Notes: a model not told the origin generated them from the letters alone. DNA of 16,680 nt from Candidatus Krumholzibacteriia bacterium (GCA_036478295.1 JAZGDW010000304.1:1-16680), one strand, 5' to 3'; shown: positions 1 to 8,660, counted from the first letter of the stretch. Program-made: numbers and translations.

Positions 1-2192
1 TCCGCTGAGGCCGGTGACACGGTGTTGTCGGCAATGGTGTTGCCGGTCACGGAACCGGTACAGTTATACAGGTAGATGCCGCCACCCTGGGTCGCCGTGT
101 TCTGGTGGATGAAATTGTTTCGCAGATCCACGTCACAGTTTTGGGCGTGGATGCCGCCGCCCACTCCGTAGTTGGATCCGGTCGTGGCCGCGTTCAGGCG
201 GATCTCACAGTTGGCGACGGTGGCGCTCGTACCCAGAATCTTGACGGCGCCACCGAAATCCGCGGCAAACGGGTCGAGTGCGGGCGTGCCGGTGCCGTTT
301 TGCAGGATAAAACCGTCGAGTCCGCCGCCCTGGGTTCCCGGAAAGATCAACACGTTTCCATTCAGATTGAAGATCGTCTTGCCGCCCGCGAGGTCTCGCT
401 GTGTAAAATCGGCGTTCCATGCACCGTGGAGCAACACGCCGCGGTCGATGGACAGCGACAGGTTGTTGAAGGTCGTCGTCGGCAGGAACAACGTATCGCC
501 GGCGAACGCCGCGGCGATGCCGTCGGTCAGCGACGATGCCGCGGTGGCGGGGGTCACGTAGGGAAACACATTGCCGCCGGTGGGTGAGTAATAATGGCGC
601 CGCGTCGGCAACACCTCGAACGCCGCGGCAAGTGTGGTGCTCTGGCCGTCCTTGTTTCGCACGACGATGTCCACCGTCCCCAGGGGCGCATCGTTGAGTA
701 CGGTTACGTCCACCACCAGCGATTCGGCACCGATGAGCGTGGTTATGTGCACGAAAATGTTGGGTCCCAGATCGACCTTCGCGCCGGGAAAGAAGTTGGT
801 GCCGCCGACCGTGACGGTCGCATTAACGCCCTGCAGCCCCCCGCTTGGGTACGATACCGACGCGGCGGGAGCGGGCAGGGGGGGAGGAGGCGGCGGCGCA
901 CACGGCGTGTTGAATCCCCACCCTATCTGGCCCTTGGTGAACGAGCAAAGGAAAAACGTGTTGAATTTCATCATGCAGTCGCGCGAGGCGGGGTTGCAGG
1001 TCTCGCAGTTCCCATTCGCGACGCCGTTGCCGCACGTAGCGGTGCAGGATGAGCAGCCGCCGGCGTACTCGTCACAGGCCCGGAAGATGTGACCGGTTTC
1101 GTGCGCAAAAACGTCGGCGGTCGGCGTCCCCTGGATCCGGAACAGCAGAACGGAGTACGGGCCGCCCAGGTAGGCGAACGCCGTCGCGCCGTCGAGGAAC
1201 GTGGGGGGGGCCGGTGATGGATTGTACGGAATAAAAGCCGAGAACGAGCGGTCCGTCTGGTAGTAGGAACGCTGCCAGGTGTTGAAGGCGTTTACCCGCG
1301 TGAAACGGCTACCGGACGTATAGCCGAAATTGGCCATGACGTTGGGTACCCACGTGGCCTCGAAACCGCTGTTGTGCAGGATCGGCTCCATCCACTGCTG
1401 GCAACGCGGGTCGGCCCCGGAATAGTAATTAATGAGAAAGCTCACCGAGCAATCGAACGCGAACACTGCCTGGCTCGACCACCACGCAAGCCCCGCCGCT
1501 GTGCCGTCGAGATAGCTTTGCATGTCCTGCGGCGTCCACGTGTAGAGATCGGGATCGGTGCCGCTGCCGTCGCTCTCCACGAAGAAAAGGGTCACGGCGA
1601 CGGTTCCGGTCATGAAATCGCTGTTTCCCAGCGTTCCCGCCGAGGACCCCAGCAGCAGGCCACGGTCTGCGAGCGCTCCAATGTCCAGTCCCACCGATTC
1701 GAGATTGCGCAGGTAGCCGGGTTCATCCAATGGAGGCGCGACCAGCGCATCCGGCAGGCGCTCCGTCTCGCCGGCGGGCGCTGACGTTTCGAAACGGTCG
1801 TAATCCACCTGCAGCTCACCACGGACCGCCTTGTTGAAGAACTCAACCATGCGGCGCGACACTTCGTCCCGCACACCGATTTCTTCAGGCGTTACCGAGG
1901 CGGCATACACGCCGCGGATGCCGGCCTCGGCCTCAATCTCATCGCGCAGTTCCACGGGGACCCAACCCATCATCATCGAGGGCGGCGACATGATCGCGAT
2001 GTGACCGCCGTATGTCTGGACAACGCTCCTGGCGGCGTGCATCGAACGGATATCGGTGGTTTCCAGAACGATGAGCGTAAAGCCGTCGAGAAAAGACAAC
2101 GGCTCCCCCGGCGACTCCGCAGCAGCGGTGTACGTGACCGGCACGGAACAGATGAGAAACGCGATGAAGCACAACAGGAGGTGTCGGGTCAC
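1..2192 (-). CDS. Secreted multidomain zinc metalloprotease (metzincin/M6-like) with IPT/TIG domain and right-handed beta-helix repeats; 3'-truncated by the window edge
   Basis: Hand translation from GTG at 2192 (preceded by AAGGAAGGA) is open for 730 codons to the edge. It reads: signal peptide MTRHLLLCFIAFLICSVPVTYTAAA; zinc motif HETGHIFRACDEY (1071-1103 covers H to D); Met-turn-like DCMMK (~966-980); PPPPPPLPAP linker (~867-896); TIG-like VTVGGTNFFPGAKV...DIVVRNKDGQSTTLAAAFEV (~612-860); beta-helix repeats FGGAVKI, VGGGIHA, FIHQNTATQGGGIYL. Not in the ORF track because there is no stop in the window. Confidence 0.88.
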   Translation of the reverse strand, partial: MTRHLLLCFIAFLICSVPVTYTAAAESPGEPLSFLDGFTLIVLETTDIRSMHAARSVVQTYGGHIAIMSPPSMMMGWVPVELRDEIEAEAGIRGVYAASVTPEEIGVRDEVSRRMVEFFNKAVRGELQVDYDRFETSAPAGETERLPDALVAPPLDEPGYLRNLESVGLDIGALADRGLLLGSSAGTLGNSDFMTGTVAVTLFFVESDGSGTDPDLYTWTPQDMQSYLDGTAAGLAWWSSQAVFAFDCSVSFLINYYSGADPRCQQWMEPILHNSGFEATWVPNVMANFGYTSGSRFTRVNAFNTWQRSYYQTDRSFSAFIPYNPSPAPPTFLDGATAFAYLGGPYSVLLFRIQGTPTADVFAHETGHIFRACDEYAGGCSSCTATCGNGVANGNCETCNPASRDCMMKFNTFFLCSFTKGQIGWGFNTPCAPPPPPPLPAPAASVSYPSGGLQGVNATVTVGGTNFFPGAKVDLGPNIFVHITTLIGAESLVVDVTVLNDAPLGTVDIVVRNKDGQSTTLAAAFEVLPTRRHYYSPTGGNVFPYVTPATAASSLTDGIAAAFAGDTLFLPTTTFNNLSLSIDRGVLLHGAWNADFTQRDLAGGKTIFNLNGNVLIFPGTQGGGLDGFILQNGTGTPALDPFAADFGGAVKILGTSATVANCEIRLNAATTGSNYGVGGGIHAQNCDVDLRNNFIHQNTATQGGGIYLYNCTGSVTGNTIADNTVSPASA

Positions 2193-2196
2193 GATC

Positions 2197-3012
2197 CTAT
2201 CCTTCCTTGATAAGAGCACTGTAACCGGACGGGAGATTGTCCGGCAGGGTGCCCCGCTCGGCGATGAAGTTGAAACCGACGGCAAACCTGAGGGACAGAA
2301 GGCGGCCGTATTGCCGGTGGTTCTCCGGGTCGCGGGATCCGGCCTTGCCGAGGACGCCGTGCGCGATCCGCCGCGCCAGCCGATTTGCCGCGAGCACGTT
2401 AGCAAACGACCACTGTGCAAGCTTCCGGAAGAGAGGCTGCATTACCGGAACATGCTTCGGAAAGAGCATGCATTCGAGTTGGTAAGCCGTTCCGTTGTGG
2501 GACGGGAAGATGTGTGTCGGGCGAAACCCATGTTTCATAAGCAAATACTCCAGCCCCATATGCGACATGTGATAATAGGACATACCGTGGAACGGCTCAA
2601 GGAAAGAGCTGTAACCGAAGAGCTTGCCGCCGTGTCGCAGCACGCGACGGATCTCGGCCATGGTGCGGTCCGGCTCGGGTAGGTGCTCCAGCACCGCGGA
2701 GCACAGCACCCCGTCGAACGCGTCGTCACTGAACGGCAGCCTGTCGCCGTCTCCGATCACCGAGCACGCCGGGCCGTCGAGCTCCAGCCCCACCCAGCGA
2801 GCACCCTTGTCTTCGAGACGGCTGCGAAAGGGAGCCAGTCCGCATCCCAAATCCAGGATCCGCGCGCCCGCCAGGTCTCCAACCAGGTCGAAGAGCGCAT
2901 CGCCGCCCCCGCGCGGGCGGTCGTAATCGATATCGGGACGGAGCTGGTCGTCGAGCCGCACTTTGCCGTCGAGTGCGCCCGTGCTGGTTATCGCCGTTCT
3001 ACGTGGTGCCAT
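2197..3012 (-). CDS. Class I SAM-dependent methyltransferase (Methyltransf_11-like)
   Basis: Motif I ILDLGCG, then GDGDRLPFSDDAFDGVLCSAVLEHL and EIRRVLRHGG. Start uncertain: ATG 3012 has GGGGA 8 nt upstream, while the ORF track extends to ATG 3084. Confidence 0.9.
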   Translation of the reverse strand: MAPRRTAITSTGALDGKVRLDDQLRPDIDYDRPRGGGDALFDLVGDLAGARILDLGCGLAPFRSRLEDKGARWVGLELDGPACSVIGDGDRLPFSDDAFDGVLCSAVLEHLPEPDRTMAEIRRVLRHGGKLFGYSSFLEPFHGMSYYHMSHMGLEYLLMKHGFRPTHIFPSHNGTAYQLECMLFPKHVPVMQPLFRKLAQWSFANVLAANRLARRIAHGVLGKAGSRDPENHRQYGRLLSLRFAVGFNFIAERGTLPDNLPSGYSALIKEG

Positions 3013-3126
3013 CGATGCAATCCCCGAACCGGCCTGCGAATAGTGGTGCATAGCGACCCGCGAACCGGTCGCCCGGTGTAACATTAGAAGATAACTGTTG
3101 GAGTATCAGAGCATGGCGTTTGGGCT

Positions 3127-3144
3127 GTCGCCGTGCACGGCGAC
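3127..3144. repeat. Perfect 18-bp palindrome GTCGCCGTG|CACGGCGAC
   Basis: Exact self reverse-complement; extends 2 further bp past one mismatch (3124-3147). Confidence 0.85.
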
Positions 3145-3164
3145 GGCGTAATCGCCGCACAGCA

Positions 3165-3173
3165 ATTATAACA
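3165..3173 (-). promoter_or_regulatory. Putative extended -10 promoter (TGnTATAAT) for the methyltransferase-protease unit
   Basis: Minus strand reads TGT-TATAAT, a perfect extended -10 in an otherwise GC-rich intergenic region; no good -35 at 17 bp. Confidence 0.6.
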
Positions 3174-3259
3174 TACCGTGCCCGCTTGTTGGACCGGTCA
3201 AATCACCTCCAGCCGGTGGGCGACGCCGCTTGCCGCACACGAACGGCTGGTTACCACAA

Positions 3260-3288
3260 TTGACAAAACTCATGAAATGCTATACATT
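3260..3288 (+). promoter_or_regulatory. Putative sigma70 promoter of the RND operon
   Basis: TTGACA (3260-3265), 17-bp spacer, TACATT (3283-3288), about 70 bp upstream of ATG 3358. Confidence 0.65.
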
Positions 3289-3357
3289 TGTAACTTCTGA
3301 GGAAACAAACCTCTTACGCCGCTCGTAGTTCCCATCAACCCAGTAACGGATACCGAT

Positions 3358-4473
3358 ATGAAAAAACCGATTTGTGCCATGTGCCTTGTTCTGTGGCTGA
3401 CAGGGGCCGTTGGTGTCCTCCGGGCCCAGGAGATGCGGCCGGCGCTGGTGGTAACCGAGCCCGTCAAGACTATCGAGTTCCACGATCAGCTGACGCTGAT
3501 CGGTCGCTCGCAGGCGAACGCGGAGAGCCGTATCGTGGCCGAAATAACGGGCCGGGTGATGGCCATCAACGCCCGTGAGGGCCGCTGGATCTCGAAAGGC
3601 AAGCGCCTGGTAACGATAGACCCGGAACGCATAAAGCTCTCGCTCGAAGCCAAGCAGGCGGAGACCCTGCAGGCGAAGGCCGATGCCGATCTGGCCAAAA
3701 AGGAGCTGGCCAGGGCGGAGGACCTTTTCAAGCAGGCGATTCTCCCGGAGCGGGCCCTGGATGACACCCGGGCAACGGCCACCCGGACCATCGAACGTTA
3801 TAACGAGCTCGAAGCGGAGCGCAAGAAGCTCGAGCTCGACCTGAGGAACTGCTTCATTCGTGCTCCCTACAGCGGCTTCACCGTTCGCAAGCTGACCGAG
3901 ATCGGCGAATGGGTGAATCCCGGCACACCGGTTTACGAAATGGTCGACCTGTCACTGATGAAGGTCACCGTCGACCTGCCGGAGCGCAACTTCGGGCAGG
4001 TCGCCATCGGGAGCGCGGTGGCGATTCACATCTCCGGCGACGACGAGAACACCATGATGGGCAAGGTCTCGGGCATCGCCCCGCAGGCGTCGCGGGCAAC
4101 CCACACCTTTCCCCTCATCGTGTCCGTTCCCAACAAGGACGGCCGCCTGGGCAGCGGAATGCTCGTGAAGGCGAAGGTGTCGCTTGCTGGCAAGTTTTCG
4201 AGTCTTGCCGTGTCGAAGGACGCCATCATCCGGCAGGGTAACCAGACTATCGTCTACACGATTGTGGACGGGAAAGCCTCGCCAATCACGGTGACGATCT
4301 CGTCCAGCAAGGGCGAGATGATCGCGGTCACCGGGAAAGGGCTAAAAGACGGCATGCCGGTGGTCGTCCGTGGCAACGAGCGTATCTTTCCCGGCAGCCC
4401 GGTGCGAACCCCCGACGACGGCCAGAGCGAAGAGGAAGCGAAACCCGAGAAGGCCGCCCAGAGTGGCACTTAG
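3358..4473 (+). CDS. RND efflux periplasmic adaptor (membrane fusion protein)
   Basis: N-terminal signal peptide; lipoyl-half motifs IVAEITGRV..REG and IRAPYSG..V....GEWVNPGTP flanking a coiled-coil hairpin; VDLPE; GMLVKA; C-terminal GLKDGMPVVVRG; directly upstream of an RND permease. Confidence 0.95.
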   Translation: MKKPICAMCLVLWLTGAVGVLRAQEMRPALVVTEPVKTIEFHDQLTLIGRSQANAESRIVAEITGRVMAINAREGRWISKGKRLVTIDPERIKLSLEAKQAETLQAKADADLAKKELARAEDLFKQAILPERALDDTRATATRTIERYNELEAERKKLELDLRNCFIRAPYSGFTVRKLTEIGEWVNPGTPVYEMVDLSLMKVTVDLPERNFGQVAIGSAVAIHISGDDENTMMGKVSGIAPQASRATHTFPLIVSVPNKDGRLGSGMLVKAKVSLAGKFSSLAVSKDAIIRQGNQTIVYTIVDGKASPITVTISSSKGEMIAVTGKGLKDGMPVVVRGNERIFPGSPVRTPDDGQSEEEAKPEKAAQSGT

Positions 4474-4491
4474 AAAAAAACGGATCCCCTT

Positions 4492-7400
4492 ATGAGTCTC
4501 GTGACTTCTGCAATTCGGTTTCCGGTGACCGTTGCCGTGGGCGTGATGATCGCTTTCCTCGGGGGTTTCCTCGCCCTCTTTCAGGTTCCCGTTCAGCTCA
4601 CGCCCGATGTCGACCGCCCGGTAATCAACGTGACCACAACGTGGGTTGGTGCCTCGCCGGAAGAGGTCGAAAAAGAGATTATCGAAGAACAAGAACAATA
4701 CCTCAAGTCGGTCGAGGGCGTTGTCAAGATGGATTCGCAGGCCAACGACGGGTTCGGTATCGTCACGCTCGAGTTCGCCGTTGGCACCGACATTACCGGC
4801 GCAACAGTTCGCGTTACCAACAAGCTCAACGAAGTACCGTCTTATCCCACAAACGCGGATCGTCCGATCGTTTCCTCCTCCGGGCGTTTCGACCGCTCCA
4901 TCGCATGGTTCGTAATAAAAGGTGACAGCGGTGTCGACGTGGAGAGGCACCTGACTTTCTTTGAAGATATGGTCAAACCACGCCTCGAGCGTGTCGAAGG
5001 GGTATCGTCCATCAACTTCTTTGGCGGGCTCGAACGGGAGCTGCACGTCACCTTCGATCCTGATCTGCTTGCGTCTACCGGCATCACGATCGGCGAGCTC
5101 ACCAGAGTCTTGCAGGCGGCCAACCGTGATATTTCGGGTGGCGACTTCGCAGAGGGCAAGAGACGCTACGTCGTCAGGACCATCTCGCGGTTCGAGACAT
5201 TGGAGGACGTCGAGCAAACCATTATAACGAGCCGCGAGGGCATCGCGATCCGCGTAGGCGATATTGCGGATGTCACTCTGGCCTATCAAAAACCGCAGGC
5301 GCGGGTACGCCATTTCGGGCGCCCCGCACTGGCGTTCAACGCGCAGCGCCGGATCGGCGCCAACGTTCTCGAAGTCACCGAGGCGCTGCTCGGCCAGGTG
5401 GGTACGATCAACGAAGAACTACTCAACCCGCGCGGAATGCACCTCGAGAATGTCTACCGGGAGACGGTTTATATCAACTCGTCGGTCGACCGCGTGTTCA
5501 ATAATATCTTTCTGGGCGGGCTTTTGGCTATCGGCGTGCTGTTCCTGTTTTTACGGTCGGTTACGTCCGTCCTCGTCATTGGTCTGGCGATCCCCATTTC
5601 TGTCATCACGACCTTTTTGACGATGTACCTCGTCGGACGAACGATCAATGTCATCTCCCTGGCTGGCATGGCGTTCGCCGTGGGTATGGTCGTCGATAAT
5701 GCCATTGTCGTGCTGGAAAACATCTACCGGCACATGCAAATGGGCAAGAGTCGTTGGCAGGCGGCCAACGAGGGCACGCGCGAAGTGTGGGGAGCCGTAC
5801 TGGCATCAACGCTGACCACGGTCGCGGTGTTTCTGCCTATCGTGTTCATCCAGGAAAGAGCGGGCCAGCTGTTCCGGGACATCGCCATCGCCATTTCCAG
5901 CGCCATCGCCGTATCTCTGATCGTTTCCGTGACCGTGATCCCGTCGGCATCGGCCAGGATTCTTTCGGTCAGCAAGAAGCTCCACGGCAAAGAGGGCAGC
6001 GAGTCGTTTCTAGCGCGCATCGCGGCAAGAATCTCGGCCATCGTGGATTTTGTCAACGCCCGTTCCCTGCGGCGCCTGGCGGTGATTCTGGGGATGATCG
6101 TCGTCTCGGTCGGTTTCAGCCTGGCACTGCTGCCTAGTGCGGAGTACCTTCCCAACGGCAACCAAAACTTCATCTTCGGCATCATGCTGCCGCCTCCCGG
6201 ATACAACCTGGACGAGATGATCAAGGTCGGTGAGGCGGTCGAGTCACAGCTCGAGTATCTGTGGGAGACGCCGGAGGAGGAAGCGAAGGAATTGCCGGGT
6301 GGTGGCGTCGACAACTTCTTTTATGTCGCCCTGCCCAACCAGGCTTTCGTCGGGCTGCGGGCGCGTGAAGCGGCCCGTGCCCGGGAACTCCTGCCCATTG
6401 CGAACAGTGTGCTTTTTTCGGTGCCCGGTACGTTTGGTTTTGCAAACCAGGCGTCTCTCTTCGCGCGGGGTTTCGCCGGCACCCGCTCGGTCCAGATCGA
6501 CGTAACCGGCCCCGACCTCAACAAGGTGCTTTCCATTGCCGCTCAGGTTTTCGGTCAGGTGAGCGAGGTGCTGCCCGGCTCGCGGTCACGTCCCATCCCC
6601 GGCCTCGACCTCGGCAACCCCGAAGTCCGAGTCTTTCCCGACCGTGCACGGGCGGCGGACATCGGTTTCACCGCGACCGATATCGGTCTTACCGTGAATG
6701 CACTGGTGGACGGCATGAAGGTTAGCGAGTACTTCCACGAGGGCCGCGAGATCGACCTTATCCTGAAGGGCCGCGATGACTGGATCCGGCACACGCAGAG
6801 TATCGAACAGCTGCCCATTGCGACTCCATCGGGTGCCATCATCACACTGGGTGACATCGCCGAAATCCACCAGCAACAGGGGCCGGTGCAGATAAACCAC
6901 GTCGAACGCCAGCGCGCGGTCTCGATCGAAACGGTTCTTCCGGACGACATCCCGCTGGAAGTCGCCATCGCAAAGATAGACGACGAAATCATCAAGCCGA
7001 TGCGGGAGCAGGGACAGATCGGCGGATTGTACGACCTGCATCAGACGGGGACCGCGGATGACCTCAGCCGGCTGAAAGGGGCGCTAACCACCAACTTCCT
7101 CGTCGTCATTCTCCTGACGTACCTGTTACTGGCGGCGCTGTTCCAGTCGTTCATGTACCCGCTGGTCATCATGCTCACCGTGCCGCTGGCCACTTTCGGC
7201 GGTGTGCTGGGCCTGCGCATCGTGCAGTTGTTCGACAGCGCGCAGCAACTCGATATCCTGACCATGCTTGGCTTTGTAATCCTGGTGGGAACGGTGATCA
7301 ACAACTCCATTCTCATCGTCTACCAGGCCCTCAACCTGATGCGGGAGGGCATGGATCCACGCCCCGCGGTCAAGGAGTCGGTGCGGGTGAGGGTGAGACC

Positions 7401-7653
7401 CATCTTGATGTCCACGATGACGTCCACGCTGGGTATGTTGCCGCTGGTAGTGCTGCCCGGCGCGGGGTCGGAGCTGTACCGTGGGCTCGGGTCGGTCGTG
7501 GTAGGCGGCCTCGTGATGTCGACCGTTTTCACCCTCTTCTTGACGCCGCTCGTTTTCTCCTACGCAATCGAGGCCAAGGTTGCCGTCCGCCGCCTGCTCG
7601 GACTCAAGCCGGTGGCCGTCTCCGGCGAGCCCGCGATGAATGGCAAGATGTAG
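4492..7653 (+). CDS. RND efflux transporter permease (AcrB/AcrD/AcrF family), 1053 aa
   Basis: Length and two-fold TM/periplasmic architecture; GASPEEVE; AVGMVVDNAIVVLENIYRH (TM4); STLTTVAVFLPI; RPILMSTMTSTLGMLPL; GGLVMST. Confidence 0.96.
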   Translation: MSLVTSAIRFPVTVAVGVMIAFLGGFLALFQVPVQLTPDVDRPVINVTTTWVGASPEEVEKEIIEEQEQYLKSVEGVVKMDSQANDGFGIVTLEFAVGTDITGATVRVTNKLNEVPSYPTNADRPIVSSSGRFDRSIAWFVIKGDSGVDVERHLTFFEDMVKPRLERVEGVSSINFFGGLERELHVTFDPDLLASTGITIGELTRVLQAANRDISGGDFAEGKRRYVVRTISRFETLEDVEQTIITSREGIAIRVGDIADVTLAYQKPQARVRHFGRPALAFNAQRRIGANVLEVTEALLGQVGTINEELLNPRGMHLENVYRETVYINSSVDRVFNNIFLGGLLAIGVLFLFLRSVTSVLVIGLAIPISVITTFLTMYLVGRTINVISLAGMAFAVGMVVDNAIVVLENIYRHMQMGKSRWQAANEGTREVWGAVLASTLTTVAVFLPIVFIQERAGQLFRDIAIAISSAIAVSLIVSVTVIPSASARILSVSKKLHGKEGSESFLARIAARISAIVDFVNARSLRRLAVILGMIVVSVGFSLALLPSAEYLPNGNQNFIFGIMLPPPGYNLDEMIKVGEAVESQLEYLWETPEEEAKELPGGGVDNFFYVALPNQAFVGLRAREAARARELLPIANSVLFSVPGTFGFANQASLFARGFAGTRSVQIDVTGPDLNKVLSIAAQVFGQVSEVLPGSRSRPIPGLDLGNPEVRVFPDRARAADIGFTATDIGLTVNALVDGMKVSEYFHEGREIDLILKGRDDWIRHTQSIEQLPIATPSGAIITLGDIAEIHQQQGPVQINHVERQRAVSIETVLPDDIPLEVAIAKIDDEIIKPMREQGQIGGLYDLHQTGTADDLSRLKGALTTNFLVVILLTYLLLAALFQSFMYPLVIMLTVPLATFGGVLGLRIVQLFDSAQQLDILTMLGFVILVGTVINNSILIVYQALNLMREGMDPRPAVKESVRVRVRPILMSTMTSTLGMLPLVVLPGAGSELYRGLGSVVVGGLVMSTVFTLFLTPLVFSYAIEAKVAVRRLLGLKPVAVSGEPAMNGKM

Positions 7654-7706
7654 CGCAGGCCACACGCGTTCGGCGGCTTTCCCCTTTTTTTGACCTGATA
7701 TTACCC

Positions 7707-8660
7707 TTAACTTGAATTCCCAGCCCGGGAGAGTGGATTCAATCCCCGCACGCAGGGCATCAAACCACAGGCGAGTATGGAGCGGCGGACCTTGCCCACG
7801 AGTGGCCGTTGGTCACGGGTCACGCACAGCCAGTTATCGACGTTGCCGGGATCCGGCGATGCGACCTTCTCGAGCCCGAAACGGACAATCTTGTACGGTG
7901 CGTAGCCGAGGCTCGTGACCTCCCGGTAGAGGTCTCCGATTGTGAACCCCGCACGGTGGAGCAGCTGGGGGGAAGCCTCCAGGACGATTGCCGGGCGACA
8001 CTGTCGAATGTATCCTGCGGCTCCGCGCAGGATGCGGATTTCTTCTCCCTCCGTGTCCATGAAAATGATCCTCGCGGGCTCGATGTCCCCGGACATCGAG
8101 TCGAGGGTGGAGCAGTGTATCTCCACCGTTCCCGTACCGGAATCGCCACCGTCTCGCGTGGTGAACCCGCTGCCCGACATGTGCTCGACCGGGATCTGAA
8201 ACGTCGCGGTCTCGTTCTTGTCACTGAGCGCGCGGGTGTGCACCACGATATTGGGGTGAGTGGTGCGCCGCGCCAGGTCGCGCAGAAAGTCCGCGTTCGA
8301 AGGAAGTGGCTCGAAGGCGTGCACCTTGCCTTGCTCCCCGACAATGTCCGAGAGTCCCACGGTTTCCGTGCCGACGTTGGCGCCCACCTCGATGATAACG
8401 TCTCCCGCGGACGCGGCGGCCAGTGCGATCGCTGTATTTCGCCATTCGTAATAGCCGTGCACGCTGAAGGGGTAACCGTGAAAATCCTTCGTCGTCCCAC
8501 GAAGGCGGGACCCGGTCTGCGATCTGACCAGAAACTCGTAGTTGTCCTGCTGGGCCGTGGCATAGGGATAGAGCCAGGTCCGGATCTTCTGCGAGATCAC
8601 CGGCGGCAGCGGCCGGCAGATCTTTTGGGCGACGGTTAGCCGTGTCGGTTGTTTTGTCAT
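7707..8660 (-). CDS. FkbM family methyltransferase (Methyltransf_21)
   Basis: IIEVGANVG, VHAFEPLP, ALSD, TLDS, FMDTEGEEIRILRGA and RPAIVLE match the FkbM pattern (DVGANxG...FEP...KIDxEG.E); ATGA overlap with the upstream gene. Confidence 0.92.
   Translation of the reverse strand: MTKQPTRLTVAQKICRPLPPVISQKIRTWLYPYATAQQDNYEFLVRSQTGSRLRGTTKDFHGYPFSVHGYYEWRNTAIALAAASAGDVIIEVGANVGTETVGLSDIVGEQGKVHAFEPLPSNADFLRDLARRTTHPNIVVHTRALSDKNETATFQIPVEHMSGSGFTTRDGGDSGTGTVEIHCSTLDSMSGDIEPARIIFMDTEGEEIRILRGAAGYIRQCRPAIVLEASPQLLHRAGFTIGDLYREVTSLGYAPYKIVRFGLEKVASPDPGNVDNWLCVTRDQRPLVGKVRRSILACGLMPCVRGLNPLSRAGNSS

Noticed and set aside
1203..1210. G8 run (and G7 at 878-884) in the secreted protease gene as possible phase-variation tracts
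   Set aside because: Both are explained by Pro codons, keep the frame intact, and are short for slipped-strand switching.
105..1784. Plus-strand ORFs 105..587, 172..561, 594..1052, 634..1092 and 1374..1784
   Set aside because: Antisense shadows of the long minus-strand protease gene; no motifs, and expected at high GC.
4342..5313. Long 323-aa antisense ORF and other antisense ORFs over the RND, FkbM and DegP genes
   Set aside because: They lie opposite confidently identified genes and have no recognisable domains; typical codon-bias shadow frames.
7654..7706. Possible intrinsic terminator between the convergent RND and FkbM genes
   Set aside because: A T7 tract is present (7685-7691) but I could not find a convincing adjacent stem.
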